64,000 nucleotides of DNA from an uncultured Thermoplasmatales archaeon (GCA_964467345.1 CAYXPY010000006.1:5303-69302), one strand, 5' to 3'; positions 18,751 to 28,359 are shown, counted from the stretch's first letter. A program made the numbers and translations. Notes: a model not told the origin generated them from the letters alone.

Positions 18751-19435
18751 CGTCCTCTGTCAGTATCTTCTTCTGCTGTAAGTATGTTATGGTCTGTGAG
18801 GATTTAAAAGATGTATTTTTGTTCCGTTTGATGAGCTGTTTCAAATCATCAAGGGTATCGACATCTCTCCATTGTGGTAAAAGAATAACGTTCTTTTTGG
18901 TGTCCTGAATCTTCTGTAAGGTCTGTGTAAGTACGGAACCTGTCCCCCACTCAACATCATCAAAGACCAAGGGTTCAAAGCTGCTGCGTTGAAACCCAAT
19001 CAAGTAGTATCCTCCATCTGAGGCGGGCCCCAGTACGATGTCATGGGTGTACAGCTCTTGAAATGCTTGTTCAAGGTATGTTACCGGGAGATCTGGGCTG
19101 TCACTTCCTATGAGGACGACCCGCTGGAACCCTTCCTGGCATACATCGGTTAAACACTGTTTCATCCGCTCCCCCAGATTAGACCCCTTCTGTGGGACAA
19201 ACACGAGGTTGTGACCAAGCCATTCTTGGAATTTTTCTTTTTCATGCATAGGCAGAAAACAGATGCGAAGCTGTGCATTGATTTTCTGTGTAGTGACAAG
19301 TGTATCATGAACAAAGCATCGATAGAGCTCTTGGACAATGGTCTCGTCTAGGTCTGCAGAAAGCCTTAGTTTTACTGTTCCCTTCTGTGGGTATTTTACA
19401 AACAAAAGGAGACAACAATCGTGTGTATCGGTCAT
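18725..19435 (-). CDS. TIGR04282-family (DUF2064) glycosyltransferase-like protein, arsenosugar/rSAM-associated
   Basis: FVKYPQKGTVKLRL, QKGSNLGERM, IGSDSPDL, VLGPASDGGYYLIG, DVDTLDDL. Confidence 0.88.
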   Translation of the reverse strand: MTDTHDCCLLLFVKYPQKGTVKLRLSADLDETIVQELYRCFVHDTLVTTQKINAQLRICFLPMHEKEKFQEWLGHNLVFVPQKGSNLGERMKQCLTDVCQEGFQRVVLIGSDSPDLPVTYLEQAFQELYTHDIVLGPASDGGYYLIGFQRSSFEPLVFDDVEWGTGSVLTQTLQKIQDTKKNVILLPQWRDVDTLDDLKQLIKRNKNTSFKSSQTITYLQQKKILTEDDDAIRPRK

Positions 19436-20577
19436 TGTTTCTGCTCCTGCGGTTCAGCAGCATCAAGAGCTTCTTCAAAGAGCTGGAGCACATCGATAAT
19501 TTCGACAGCGGTATGGGTTTTCTTCAGTTGCTCGTAGCAGGTCAGACAGGTACAGACCAGGGTTGGTGCATCCTTCTGCACCTCGGCGAGATACTGTAAA
19601 CGACGTGGTTCGTTACCCTTGTCGTATCCATGATTCCATTGATAACAGCATGAGGATCCTTGAGGTGTCGCCTGTTCAACAAGATCACCAAACATAAGGA
19701 TGGTTGTTCGGACTGCCGCACCCGGGGGTGTTTCTTTTTTGAACCGACAGGAATCATGCACAGTTAACTTTCCTCGTATTTTTCTGTCCGGATACTTGTT
19801 TTTGTATCTGAGGAGATATTCGACAACGCTGAGCACCTCGAAATGTTCGTTATATATTTTTTTTACTTGTTTCACCGCCTCGAAGCATTCCGCGCAAGAG
19901 GTGATAACGATCTTTGGATCGACTGCCTTGATTTTCTCATGAAGCAACCTTAGACAAGAGTCAGCCTGATCAAACTCACCTTGGAGCAGATGCGGTGCAC
20001 CACAACAAGCAGTCACTCCCCCAAGCACAGCATATCTCTCACCACTATGATCAAGGAGCCGTAGGGTCTGGCGCACTGTTTTTGTCGAGTAGATATAACA
20101 GCCAGGATAGAACAGCACGTCAGCGTTCTTCACTGGTACCTCCTCCATGAATCGTGCAAGATCCCGTGACATGATTTTTTTGGCTGACACATACAACTTT
20201 TGAATAATGGCTTTTATACCCTTAAGATTCGGTCCTTTGATGAGAAGATATCGATGGTAGCCCCATGGCTTCTGATCCCGAATCTTCCATTTGAGAACGC
20301 GCATCATGAGGTCTCTACGGATGTTGACTGGGCAGACGGGGACGCATTTCCCGCATTGAGTACAGTGGAAGGTGAACTGACTGATCATCGGAGGAACCGG
20401 TTGGTCCTCTTGTGTTGCCTGATTTAACTGCTGCATCGAAAAGGAGTCTTTTGTGACCGGACAAGCGTCCAGACAGCGATGACACCGGATACATAGATCA
20501 AGATAGTGACTGACTGTCTTTCTTAGGTAACCTTCGGTAGACAAAGGAGATTCTGATGCTTCACTATGAACAGGCAT
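19432..20577 (-). CDS. Fe-S protein with two 4Fe-4S motifs and CCG domains (HdrD/GlpC-like)
   Basis: CIRCHRCLDACP, CTQCGKCVPVCP, FYPGC, CCGAP, SCAEC, HDSC, CTCLTC. Confidence 0.85.
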   Translation of the reverse strand: MPVHSEASESPLSTEGYLRKTVSHYLDLCIRCHRCLDACPVTKDSFSMQQLNQATQEDQPVPPMISQFTFHCTQCGKCVPVCPVNIRRDLMMRVLKWKIRDQKPWGYHRYLLIKGPNLKGIKAIIQKLYVSAKKIMSRDLARFMEEVPVKNADVLFYPGCYIYSTKTVRQTLRLLDHSGERYAVLGGVTACCGAPHLLQGEFDQADSCLRLLHEKIKAVDPKIVITSCAECFEAVKQVKKIYNEHFEVLSVVEYLLRYKNKYPDRKIRGKLTVHDSCRFKKETPPGAAVRTTILMFGDLVEQATPQGSSCCYQWNHGYDKGNEPRRLQYLAEVQKDAPTLVCTCLTCYEQLKKTHTAVEIIDVLQLFEEALDAAEPQEQKQ

Positions 20578-20607
20578 GATGGTCTCACAATGTGTGTATG
20601 ATATAAA

Positions 20608-21327
20608 CTATTTTTCTGTTGATTGTTCCTCTGTGTTTTTCCTTTTTTGCTTCATTTGCCGTCGTGCATACCAGCTGATAAGCACGAGGATGCAAACACT
20701 GATAACAAGAACCCCTATCAGCTCCCAGGGAATGCGCCCCTGTGTTAGACCTTGAGTCAGAGCATCAGTTCCCACCACGACGATAATCGTCCCAGGGAGC
20801 ATGCACAACCAGGACCAGAACACATAGGTTCTAAAGGAGACCTTTGTCAGACCAAACCCATAGTTCAGTAAGGTAAAAGGAAACAGCGGAATCAGTCGTG
20901 TCAGTCCCACAAGGATCATCCCTTGCTCCTCGGTGAGCCGGTCAAGCTTTTGCATAGTCTTGTTTTTCAAAAGCCATCGTGCGACAGAGTCCCGGGCAAG
21001 GTACCGGGCGATGAGAAACGTAAGGCTTGCACCCACTGTTGATGAGATGCTGATGAGAATCACTCCGATGATGGAGCCAAACAACGCCCCTGCGATGACC
21101 CCAAAGATGGTACCAGGGATGGTCGCAATCACCGCACCGATGTAGATGACAAAGAACGCAATCGGTCCCCAGATACCCAGGGAGGTGATCCACTCCTGCA
21201 ACTCCTGGAGGTTGTCTCCGAAACCAAGGCTGTTCATCACGATAAAAAGAACGATGATAAGGGCAATGAAGACGACTGGTTTCACCCAGTCGTTTGTCTT
21301 TCTGGATTGACTGTTGTTTTCGTTCAT
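20608..21327 (-). CDS. TVP38/TMEM64 (DedA/VTT family) membrane protein
   Basis: GALFG...SSTVGASLTFLIARY, LTRLIPLFPFTLLNYGFGLT, MLPGT; start reassigned to ATG 21327 (MNENN). Confidence 0.88.
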   Translation of the reverse strand: MNENNSQSRKTNDWVKPVVFIALIIVLFIVMNSLGFGDNLQELQEWITSLGIWGPIAFFVIYIGAVIATIPGTIFGVIAGALFGSIIGVILISISSTVGASLTFLIARYLARDSVARWLLKNKTMQKLDRLTEEQGMILVGLTRLIPLFPFTLLNYGFGLTKVSFRTYVFWSWLCMLPGTIIVVVGTDALTQGLTQGRIPWELIGVLVISVCILVLISWYARRQMKQKRKNTEEQSTEK

Positions 21328-21343
21328 AGACCTCAGGGTGGTC

Positions 21344-21364
21344 TTTTTTTTTTTTTTTTTTTTT
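21344..21364. repeat. 21-nt homopolymer (T21 on +, A21 on the coding strand) between arsS and the DedA gene
   Basis: Counted directly; overlaps the arsS TAA stop. Confidence 0.85.
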
Positions 21365-22322
21365 ATACCAATGCTCCGCCGCAGGAAGACCCATGACCTG
21401 CAGTACATCCGAAGCAATGATCCGCGGTTGCTATCTCTCGGGTTGACAGCACTGATTTATTAAACTGTTTGATATGACGTGGAGTTGTTGCCATGACTGA
21501 GAGGTTTGCTGCAAGGTTAAAATCACAGTCATAGAAGGTCCCGTCCCATGCGATGTTGATCTGATGACGACACATCAATGAAGGAAGCGTCTGGGGGTTG
21601 AATGATTCTTTCAGCAGCCTCATGTAGTGTGGTTTTTTTTCTTTTAACACATCAAGAAAACGTCCCAGCGGCATGTTGGTGAGGGTGATTAGTCTTGTGA
21701 ACTGTATGTTGTAGTGTTCTGCAAGGTATTTCCGGTACTCATTCTCAAGGGCTTTCTGTTCTGGTGGGAGCACGGGTTCAAGCGGATTAAACACGAGCGT
21801 CAGAGGCAGATGTGGTTGGATCCCGTAGCCTAGGGTATTTAACAACTGTAGTGCTGTGATGCTTTTTTCAAAGATACCTTCTCCTCGTTGAAGGCGGACT
21901 TCTTCTTCGAGATAGCAGGGGAGTGAAGCGACCAGTTCTATCCCAAGCTCTTTGTACAACAAAGGTAAATCGTTATACTCTTGTTCAAGGAGGATGGTGA
22001 GATTTGTCCGTAGTTGTACTCGATGCTGTTGTGCCACAAGAGCTCTTAGGAATTGTGTGAGATGCGGATGAAGCTCTGGTGCTCCACCGGTGATATCAAC
22101 GAAGACTGAGGGGAGTTTTTCAGTGACCGCTAGGATATCTTTCATGGTTTCCCAGCTCATCTGTTCTGTGCGGTTTGGTGATGCTTGAATATGGCAATGG
22201 TGGCAGGTTTGATTGCAGATGAACCCAAGGTTGATTTGTATGGTCTGAAGGTCAAGGCATCGTAATGTAGTACCAGTCAGGTCGAAAATTCGCTGGTCGA
22301 ATTGGTTTTTCTTCTGAGACAT
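21363..22322 (-). CDS. arsS: Arsenosugar biosynthesis radical SAM protein ArsS-like (TIGR04167/DUF3641)
   Basis: QINLGFICNQTCHHCH (CxxxCxxC), DITGGAPELH, ASLPCY, LTNMPLGRF, MCRHQ...YDCDFN, HCFGCTAGHGSSCGGAL. Confidence 0.88.
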   Translation of the reverse strand: MSQKKNQFDQRIFDLTGTTLRCLDLQTIQINLGFICNQTCHHCHIQASPNRTEQMSWETMKDILAVTEKLPSVFVDITGGAPELHPHLTQFLRALVAQQHRVQLRTNLTILLEQEYNDLPLLYKELGIELVASLPCYLEEEVRLQRGEGIFEKSITALQLLNTLGYGIQPHLPLTLVFNPLEPVLPPEQKALENEYRKYLAEHYNIQFTRLITLTNMPLGRFLDVLKEKKPHYMRLLKESFNPQTLPSLMCRHQINIAWDGTFYDCDFNLAANLSVMATTPRHIKQFNKSVLSTREIATADHCFGCTAGHGSSCGGALV

Positions 22323-22395
22323 AAAGCTGGCTCCCTTAGGTATTGTTCTTTGATTGGAATTTACTTCCGCTATTTATCCATTTGCTTCCTTTTTT

Positions 22396-23100
22396 TTAGG
22401 GTTGTTGCCAGGGGTAGAAGCGTGCTAATTTTTCTGCTGGCATGCCACACCAGTATAAAAAGATAATGAGGGTGTCCCTGAATGCGGTATACAAGAGTCC
22501 TTCTTGGTTCCATCGTCGGTCTGAGGTGATGACTGTTACAGGAAGAATGATAATGTCGTCCTTGTGTTTTTTTATCCGACGCATCAGTTCAACATCCTCC
22601 ATTAACGGAATGTCAAGGTACGCTCCTATGGAATCAAAATAGGATTTCCGCAGGAAGATTGTCTGATCTCCATACGGCGCGCGGGTCATCCGGGATCGAA
22701 GCGTGGAAAACATCGCGATGATTCGCAGGAGAAACCGTGGTGAATCTATCTGTAAGCTGAATGCTCCGCCGACAAGCCCGGGGTCCTGAAGGGTTTCTTG
22801 GATACGTGTGAGTGCATTTGTTGGCAGCAAGGTGTCCGCATGCAGAAAGATGAGAATGTCGCCTGAGGCATGGGCTGCTCCGAGGTTCATCTGGCGGGCT
22901 CGCCCTGCTTGACAGCTGTATTTCTGGATGGTTTCATCGGTAATCACCTGAAGGCTATCTTGTGAGGGGCTCCCATCGACGACGATGATCTCAACAGGTT
23001 TCTCTGCTGCGAAACGTCGGAGTGACTCAAGAAGCCCATTAATGATGTTTCCTTCATGCAGGACCGGGATAATGATTGAAAATGCCGGGGAGTCTGGCAC
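22396..23100 (-). CDS. TIGR04283-family GT2 glycosyltransferase, arsenosugar/rSAM-associated
   Basis: SIIIPVLHE, VVDGSP, GRARQMNLGA, FLHADT, YGDQTIF, LMEDVEL, TSDRRW; likely GTG start at 23100 behind a GGGGA Shine-Dalgarno (track start 23124). Confidence 0.88.
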   Translation of the reverse strand: MPDSPAFSIIIPVLHEGNIINGLLESLRRFAAEKPVEIIVVDGSPSQDSLQVITDETIQKYSCQAGRARQMNLGAAHASGDILIFLHADTLLPTNALTRIQETLQDPGLVGGAFSLQIDSPRFLLRIIAMFSTLRSRMTRAPYGDQTIFLRKSYFDSIGAYLDIPLMEDVELMRRIKKHKDDIIILPVTVITSDRRWNQEGLLYTAFRDTLIIFLYWCGMPAEKLARFYPWQQP

Positions 23101-23110
23101 AGATTCCCCT

Positions 23111-24559
23111 TTACACGGACTCAAGGATTTTCAGCAGATACCGGTAGAATTTATCTACCGTGCTGATATGCAGCTGTTCCTCAGGGGAATGTGGGTTTTT
23201 CAGGGTCGGACCAATTGAGATCATGTCCATGCCTGGGAATTTCTCACCGATAATTCCGCATTCCAATCCTGCGTGAATCGCCTCTATCTTTGGTTCGGTT
23301 TTGAACATGTCTTTGAAGATTTTCTTTGAAAGCGCAAGGATTTTTGATTGCAGGTCCGGTTTCCACCCGGGATAGGGCGTTCCCTCTGATACCTTGGCTC
23401 CGGAGAGCATTGCGATGGCGTTGATGCGGTCTCGCATGTCCTGAAGCGCTGATTTCATCGGGCTGCGTGAGCTCATCCCGATCAGCACCGCGTGTTCTTT
23501 CAGGGAGATCGTGGCAAGGTTCGTGGAGGTGTTCACGAGTGTCTTTATGTCATAGTTCATCTGGTGGACCCCGTGCGGCAGCCCATGGAGCAGATTCAGG
23601 AGTTTGGTTTGGGATGGTTTGTCAAGGACTGTTTTCGGTGGCTCACCGGGTTGAACCTCGACCTTGAAGTTCGGGTCTATTGGTTTTATTTCCTCATAGA
23701 TGTCTTTTTCTTCAGCTTTTACAACGTTCAGAAACGTGGTTTTCTGTTTCTTATTAATGGAGAGCTTTGCATACGCCTCCCGCGGGATGGCGTTGTGTTT
23801 ATCCCCCCCTTTCATGTCAATGAGGGAAAAATCGCATTTCTGGGATACCTTCCAAAGCAGGCGTGCAAGGATTTTTATCGCGTTTCCCCGCTGTTCATGG
23901 ATGTCGACACCGGAGTGTCCCCCACGCAGACCAAAGACCTTTACGACCAGATGCTCTGATCCTGCAGGAACTGGTTGTGTTTTCACGGGAAGCTCGATTG
24001 CTGAGTCTCCTCCGCCAGCGCATCCGACTGTGATAACCCCGAAATCCTCGCTGTCAAGGTTCAGCATGATCTTACCGGTAAGCATGTCTGATTTCATGGC
24101 AAACGCACCGGTCAGACCGGTTTCCTCATCGACTGTGTATACTGATTCGATTGGCCCATGCCGTATCTTTTTGTCCTCTAGGATAGCAAGACTGATCGCT
24201 AGTCCGATACCGTTATCAGCTCCTAAGGTGGTCCCGTCAGCGGTAAGCAAGTCTCCTGTGATTTTCAGCTGTATCGGGTCTTTTGAGAAATCGAAACTCA
24301 CATCGCTGTTCTTCTCGCAGACCATATCCATATGTCCTTGCAGGATGATAGTGGGTTTGTTCTGCATGCCGGCTGTGCCTGGTTTTAGTATAACGACGTT
24401 TCCGACAGGGTCTATCTTTGATCTCAAACCCTGTTTCTGTGCGAAGTTAACGATATATTCTCTTATTTTTTCCTCATGTTTTGAGCAGCGTGGGATTTTC
24501 CTAATCTCATCAAAATGTTTCCATACAAGTTTTGGTTCTAAATTCTCAATACCTGGCAT
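23111..24559 (-). CDS. pepD: Aminoacyl-histidine dipeptidase (M20C)
   Basis: LQGHMDMVCEK, TLGADNGIG, TVDEETGL, NLDSED, GGHSGVDI, IHAGLECG, HSPEE; start reassigned to ATG 24559 (GGAGG upstream). Confidence 0.93.
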   Translation of the reverse strand: MPGIENLEPKLVWKHFDEIRKIPRCSKHEEKIREYIVNFAQKQGLRSKIDPVGNVVILKPGTAGMQNKPTIILQGHMDMVCEKNSDVSFDFSKDPIQLKITGDLLTADGTTLGADNGIGLAISLAILEDKKIRHGPIESVYTVDEETGLTGAFAMKSDMLTGKIMLNLDSEDFGVITVGCAGGGDSAIELPVKTQPVPAGSEHLVVKVFGLRGGHSGVDIHEQRGNAIKILARLLWKVSQKCDFSLIDMKGGDKHNAIPREAYAKLSINKKQKTTFLNVVKAEEKDIYEEIKPIDPNFKVEVQPGEPPKTVLDKPSQTKLLNLLHGLPHGVHQMNYDIKTLVNTSTNLATISLKEHAVLIGMSSRSPMKSALQDMRDRINAIAMLSGAKVSEGTPYPGWKPDLQSKILALSKKIFKDMFKTEPKIEAIHAGLECGIIGEKFPGMDMISIGPTLKNPHSPEEQLHISTVDKFYRYLLKILESV

Positions 24560-24669
24560 ACGATGCCTCCCTGTTTGTACGGACCGGTAACACCATAACA
24601 CATAAAAAAGGTTTGCCAAAAAAAATTAGGAGGAAACATTGGAGGATGTAATGTGCTTGGAAACGGATG

Positions 24670-25290
24670 TTAGGGGACGGTTATCGCTTTTTTTAAATAG
24701 GGAAGACCTGATCGTTCGCTGACCTGTACTTCGTATCCATCTGGGAAGATAGCTGGTGTTCCGCTTTTTGGTTTTCTTTTACTGAAAAAGTAGATAAGCT
24801 GTGTTTTACCGTTTTTGAGCTCGACTAACTTGGAGTATAAAGTGTACAGCCCATAGGTGTATTCTGTTGCTCTCTCTGAAGGGACCAGGGCCATGGTGAT
24901 GATCCCAAAGTATCGTTTCACTGGTGTCATGAGCAGATAGGCCAGGGAGCATATAAAGAATGTAAACAAGAGGAGACCTATGAGCTTCTCACCGGTCATC
25001 GTAATGTACATCAGAATCCGAACCACTGAATAGAGTAGGAAGACAAATGCGTACAGACGTGCCTCTTTTTTCCTTTTCACAAAACCAAACGGGATGATTC
25101 CCAGAGATAGAACCACGAGAAGGACGTCTAGCCATACCAAGAGTTCATTATATGAAAACGACAGAAACCGGCTCAGATTGCCGACGAAAACGAAAGAATC
25201 GACAAAAAAGAAGAGAAAGAGACAATTGACAAGAACAACGAAAATGAGGAATGCGACAATCCCTGCTGGGACCTTCTTTCCTTCATTCAT
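24670..25290 (-). CDS. Membrane protein (4-5 TM) with a small basic C-terminal soluble domain
   Basis: Hydrophobic N-terminal two-thirds; C-terminus YTLYSKLVELKNGKTQLIYFFSKRKPKSGTP...PDGYEV...RSGLPYLKK. Confidence 0.7.
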   Translation of the reverse strand: MNEGKKVPAGIVAFLIFVVLVNCLFLFFFVDSFVFVGNLSRFLSFSYNELLVWLDVLLVVLSLGIIPFGFVKRKKEARLYAFVFLLYSVVRILMYITMTGEKLIGLLLFTFFICSLAYLLMTPVKRYFGIITMALVPSERATEYTYGLYTLYSKLVELKNGKTQLIYFFSKRKPKSGTPAIFPDGYEVQVSERSGLPYLKKAITVP

Positions 25291-25459
25291 ACAAACAAAG
25301 AAATGTCAGAGGCAGACTTATATTTTTTCCCTCTCATCAAAATACGGTAACTACTTAAAAATAACAAACGGTTGTCACAAACTCTGTATCACGAAGGAGA
25401 TACAGTAATAAATTTATATAATGCTGCGACGTTTACCAGAAAAACGGAGGCAAAAGAGT

Positions 25460-26239
25460 ATGGATTGGGGTATGAAAAATCGGCTTTCAAAAATCATCAA
25501 ACCAAAAGACGGTCGCACCGTAATGCTCGCCGTCGATCATGGGTATTTCATGGGTCCTACGTCTGGGCTTGAGAAACTTGACGCGATGGTCAATCCCTTG
25601 TTACCCTATACCGATACTTTGATGTTGACACGGGGTGCATTACGCACCTACATCAACCCGACTATAGATGTCCCAATCGTCCTACGAGTCTCTGGAGGGA
25701 CCAGCATCATCGGACCACGGCTTTTAGAGGAAGGAACCGTCGTCTCAATTGAAGATGCAATCAGACTCAACGCCTCCGGGGTCGCGTACTCGATTCTGGT
25801 TGGTGCGGAATTCGAACGAGAAACAATCCTTGGCATGACCCAGTACATCGATGAGGCCGAACGATACGGGATCCCTGTTCTGGCGGTGACTGCCGTAGGT
25901 AAAGATATGAAACGTGACGCCCGCTACATGAGTCTTGCCTCACGGATAGCGGCTGAGCTTGGCGCTCATGTCGTTAAAACGTATTACGTCCCTGAGTTTG
26001 AGAAGGTCATCGAATCCTGTTCCGTACCAGTGGTCATCGCGGGTGGCAAGAAACAACCAGAGGACGAAGCATTGCAGATGGCCTATGACGCGATACAGGC
26101 AGGAGCTATAGGCGTTGACATGGGCAGAAACATCTTCCAAAGCAACCAACCAGTCAACATGATCAAAGCAGTCAACGCCATTGTCCATAAGAATGCCACC
26201 CCTAAGGAAGCCTTCGAGGTTTTCAAAGGGAAAAAATAA
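25460..26239 (+). CDS. lsrF: LsrF-like class I aldolase/thiolase (DhnA family)
   Basis: MDWGMKNRLSKII, AVDHGYFMGPTSGLE, LRVSGG, AELGAHVVKTYY, IAGGKK, DMGRNIFQ; start reassigned to 25460. Confidence 0.85.
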   Translation: MDWGMKNRLSKIIKPKDGRTVMLAVDHGYFMGPTSGLEKLDAMVNPLLPYTDTLMLTRGALRTYINPTIDVPIVLRVSGGTSIIGPRLLEEGTVVSIEDAIRLNASGVAYSILVGAEFERETILGMTQYIDEAERYGIPVLAVTAVGKDMKRDARYMSLASRIAAELGAHVVKTYYVPEFEKVIESCSVPVVIAGGKKQPEDEALQMAYDAIQAGAIGVDMGRNIFQSNQPVNMIKAVNAIVHKNATPKEAFEVFKGKK

Positions 26240-26320
26240 TACCTATCTGTTAGTATTATACTAATTACGATATGTTTAAATAAAACATTTTATTACACCT
26301 AGCTTTGAGGAGGCAAAACT

Positions 26321-26884
26321 ATGGACCTAATGTTGATAATAGGACTCGTCATACTTCTGATAGTAGTGGTAATCCTGTTATGGTTCTTCGGCTACTACAA
26401 CCGAGTCATACGATATGAAAACAGAATTGATAACGCATGGGCTCAGATTGATGTCCAGCTGAAACGAAGAGCAGATCTGATTCCGAACCTCATGGAGACC
26501 GTTAAAGGCTACATGAATCATGAGCGACAGACCCTTGAGGCGGTCACCAAGGCACGGTCTGCTATTATGACGGCAAAGACACCGCAAGAAAGCATCAATG
26601 CAGACAACATGCTTACCGGTGCGCTGAAGACCTTATTTGCGGTCGCGGAAAGCTACCCTGATCTGAAAGCAAACCAGAATTTCCTGCAGCTGCAAGACGA
26701 ATTAACCCACACTGAGGATAAAATCGCTTACTCCCGACAGCACTTCAACGATTCGGTTCTTTCGTTCAATAACCTCGTCGAAACCTTCCCAGGCAATATA
26801 TTTGCACGCATGATGGGCAGGAAAGAACGACAAATGCTGCAAATCCCAGAGGCATCTCGAGAGGTTCCAAAAGTATCGTTCTAA
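26321..26884 (+). CDS. lemA: LemA family protein
   Basis: N-terminal TM; AWAQIDVQLKRRADLIPNL, AVAESYPDLKANQNFLQLQ, FPGNIFA. Confidence 0.95.
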   Translation: MDLMLIIGLVILLIVVVILLWFFGYYNRVIRYENRIDNAWAQIDVQLKRRADLIPNLMETVKGYMNHERQTLEAVTKARSAIMTAKTPQESINADNMLTGALKTLFAVAESYPDLKANQNFLQLQDELTHTEDKIAYSRQHFNDSVLSFNNLVETFPGNIFARMMGRKERQMLQIPEASREVPKVSF

Positions 26885-26906
26885 ACAACGGTTCATCTCT
26901 GTTCCT

Positions 26907-27830
26907 ATGGCTGCTCAACAACCACGACTCATCGATGACCATATACGGAAAAACAAACGGGACACCGTCATTATCTGTATGTTCATGGTCATCCTTCTTT
27001 TTTCTGTCATTTTTGCCGTAGGCGTTATCCTTGGGGCTCCACCGATTCTTGTCATGATGATCGGACTTCCGATCGCTTTATTTTATATTTTCATTACCTA
27101 TTCTTTCTCTGTGCAAAGCGTGATTTCTGCTGCCAAAGCACGCCCAGCAAACCCTCAAGTCAGAGAAGAGAAGATACTCATCTACAAAGTCGAGGAGATG
27201 GCACTCGCAGCAGGGTTGCCAACACCCAAGGTCTATGTGCAGGAATCCAAGGATATCAACGCGTTTGCCACTGGCCATAAACCTGAGGATTCCATTATTT
27301 GTGCCAGCACCGGTGCCCTTCAGCAGCTGAACACCGCGGAACTTGAAGGAGTTATTGGCCATGAGATGAGCCATATCCGCAACCGGGATATCCTTGTGAT
27401 GACCGTTACCGTCGGCGTGGTCGGAGCAATTGCGCTTCTTGCTGAGATCGCATTCCGGATGCTGTTCTGGGGAGCGGCAACGGGGCGAGGAAGTAGTGGC
27501 AGGAAGAAAGGACAAGGCAACATCATCGTCGTGGTGATCGCAATCATTTTCATCATCCTGGCACCGATTTTCTCCAGGCTTACGTATCTTGCAATCTCAC
27601 GAAGAAGAGAATATCTTGCTGATGCAGATGGTGCGTATCTGACACGGAACCCGGAGGGTCTAGCAAAAGCATTGGAAAAAATCAAGGGAGATCTCCCTGA
27701 CGATCCCAAAGGATCCAAAACGGTCGCCCCGTTATATATCGCAAATCCCTTTAAACGAGCGCTGAAAGATTCCATCTGGTCGACACATCCCCCGCTTGAC
27801 GAGCGCATCAGACGACTACGGTCGATGTAA
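26907..27830 (+). CDS. htpX: HtpX-like M48 zinc metalloprotease
   Basis: INAFATG, GVIGHEMSHI (HExxH), SRRREYLAD, STHPPLDERI. Confidence 0.92.
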   Translation: MAAQQPRLIDDHIRKNKRDTVIICMFMVILLFSVIFAVGVILGAPPILVMMIGLPIALFYIFITYSFSVQSVISAAKARPANPQVREEKILIYKVEEMALAAGLPTPKVYVQESKDINAFATGHKPEDSIICASTGALQQLNTAELEGVIGHEMSHIRNRDILVMTVTVGVVGAIALLAEIAFRMLFWGAATGRGSSGRKKGQGNIIVVVIAIIFIILAPIFSRLTYLAISRRREYLADADGAYLTRNPEGLAKALEKIKGDLPDDPKGSKTVAPLYIANPFKRALKDSIWSTHPPLDERIRRLRSM

Positions 27831-27864
27831 CCCCTCTTACCGTTTTCCAAAGAAAAGAAGATTC

Positions 27865-28359
27865 TTATTTGGTTAGAACGGATCGGACGAATGCATCGAT
27901 ATGTTCTTTGCCGTTTTTTATCGTCCCTTTCCTCATCTGTAACCCCAGGAACGAATCTGATACCGCCATACCAAGACTACCAAGGGTTTGTTGCATCATC
28001 TGTCTGGGTTTCCCCTTTGGGTCTGGAATACCACCACCAGTGACAAACAGGAATACCTTTTTTCCTTTGATGTTCTGCGCAGAGGAAAAAAATGTACTAA
28101 TGAACGGTGTTGCGCTTCCTCCCCAGGTTGGTGACCCAACGATGACTGTCTCGTATTTCCCTAAATCGACGGTTGTGTTTTTTATTGGAAGCTGCTGTTG
28201 TTTCATCGCCGCCCGTCCCGCAGTAAAAAACCCTGGTCGTTTCAACGCCTCGATTTCGATTAGGTCGACATCTGCTTGTTTTTGTTGTAGTGTGTCTGCA
28301 AGTAGGGTTGCGATAGCTTTGGTGTTCCCGGTCCTTGAATAATAGACAATCCCAATCAT
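27865..28359 (-). CDS. Flavodoxin-family protein
   Basis: YYSRTGNTKAIA, IVGSPTWGG. Confidence 0.85.
   Translation of the reverse strand: MIGIVYYSRTGNTKAIATLLADTLQQKQADVDLIEIEALKRPGFFTAGRAAMKQQQLPIKNTTVDLGKYETVIVGSPTWGGSATPFISTFFSSAQNIKGKKVFLFVTGGGIPDPKGKPRQMMQQTLGSLGMAVSDSFLGLQMRKGTIKNGKEHIDAFVRSVLTK

Noticed and set aside
21328-21417. Poly-lysine N-terminal extension of the DedA protein
   Set aside because: It arises from the A21 tract and overlaps arsS; the ATG at 21327 gives a normal-length protein.
21363-22322. Selenocysteine in ArsS or in the YedF-like and CCG proteins
   Set aside because: The positions that can be Sec in homologs (GSSCGG, ACQTC) are Cys codons in uninterrupted ORFs, and I found no convincing SECIS.
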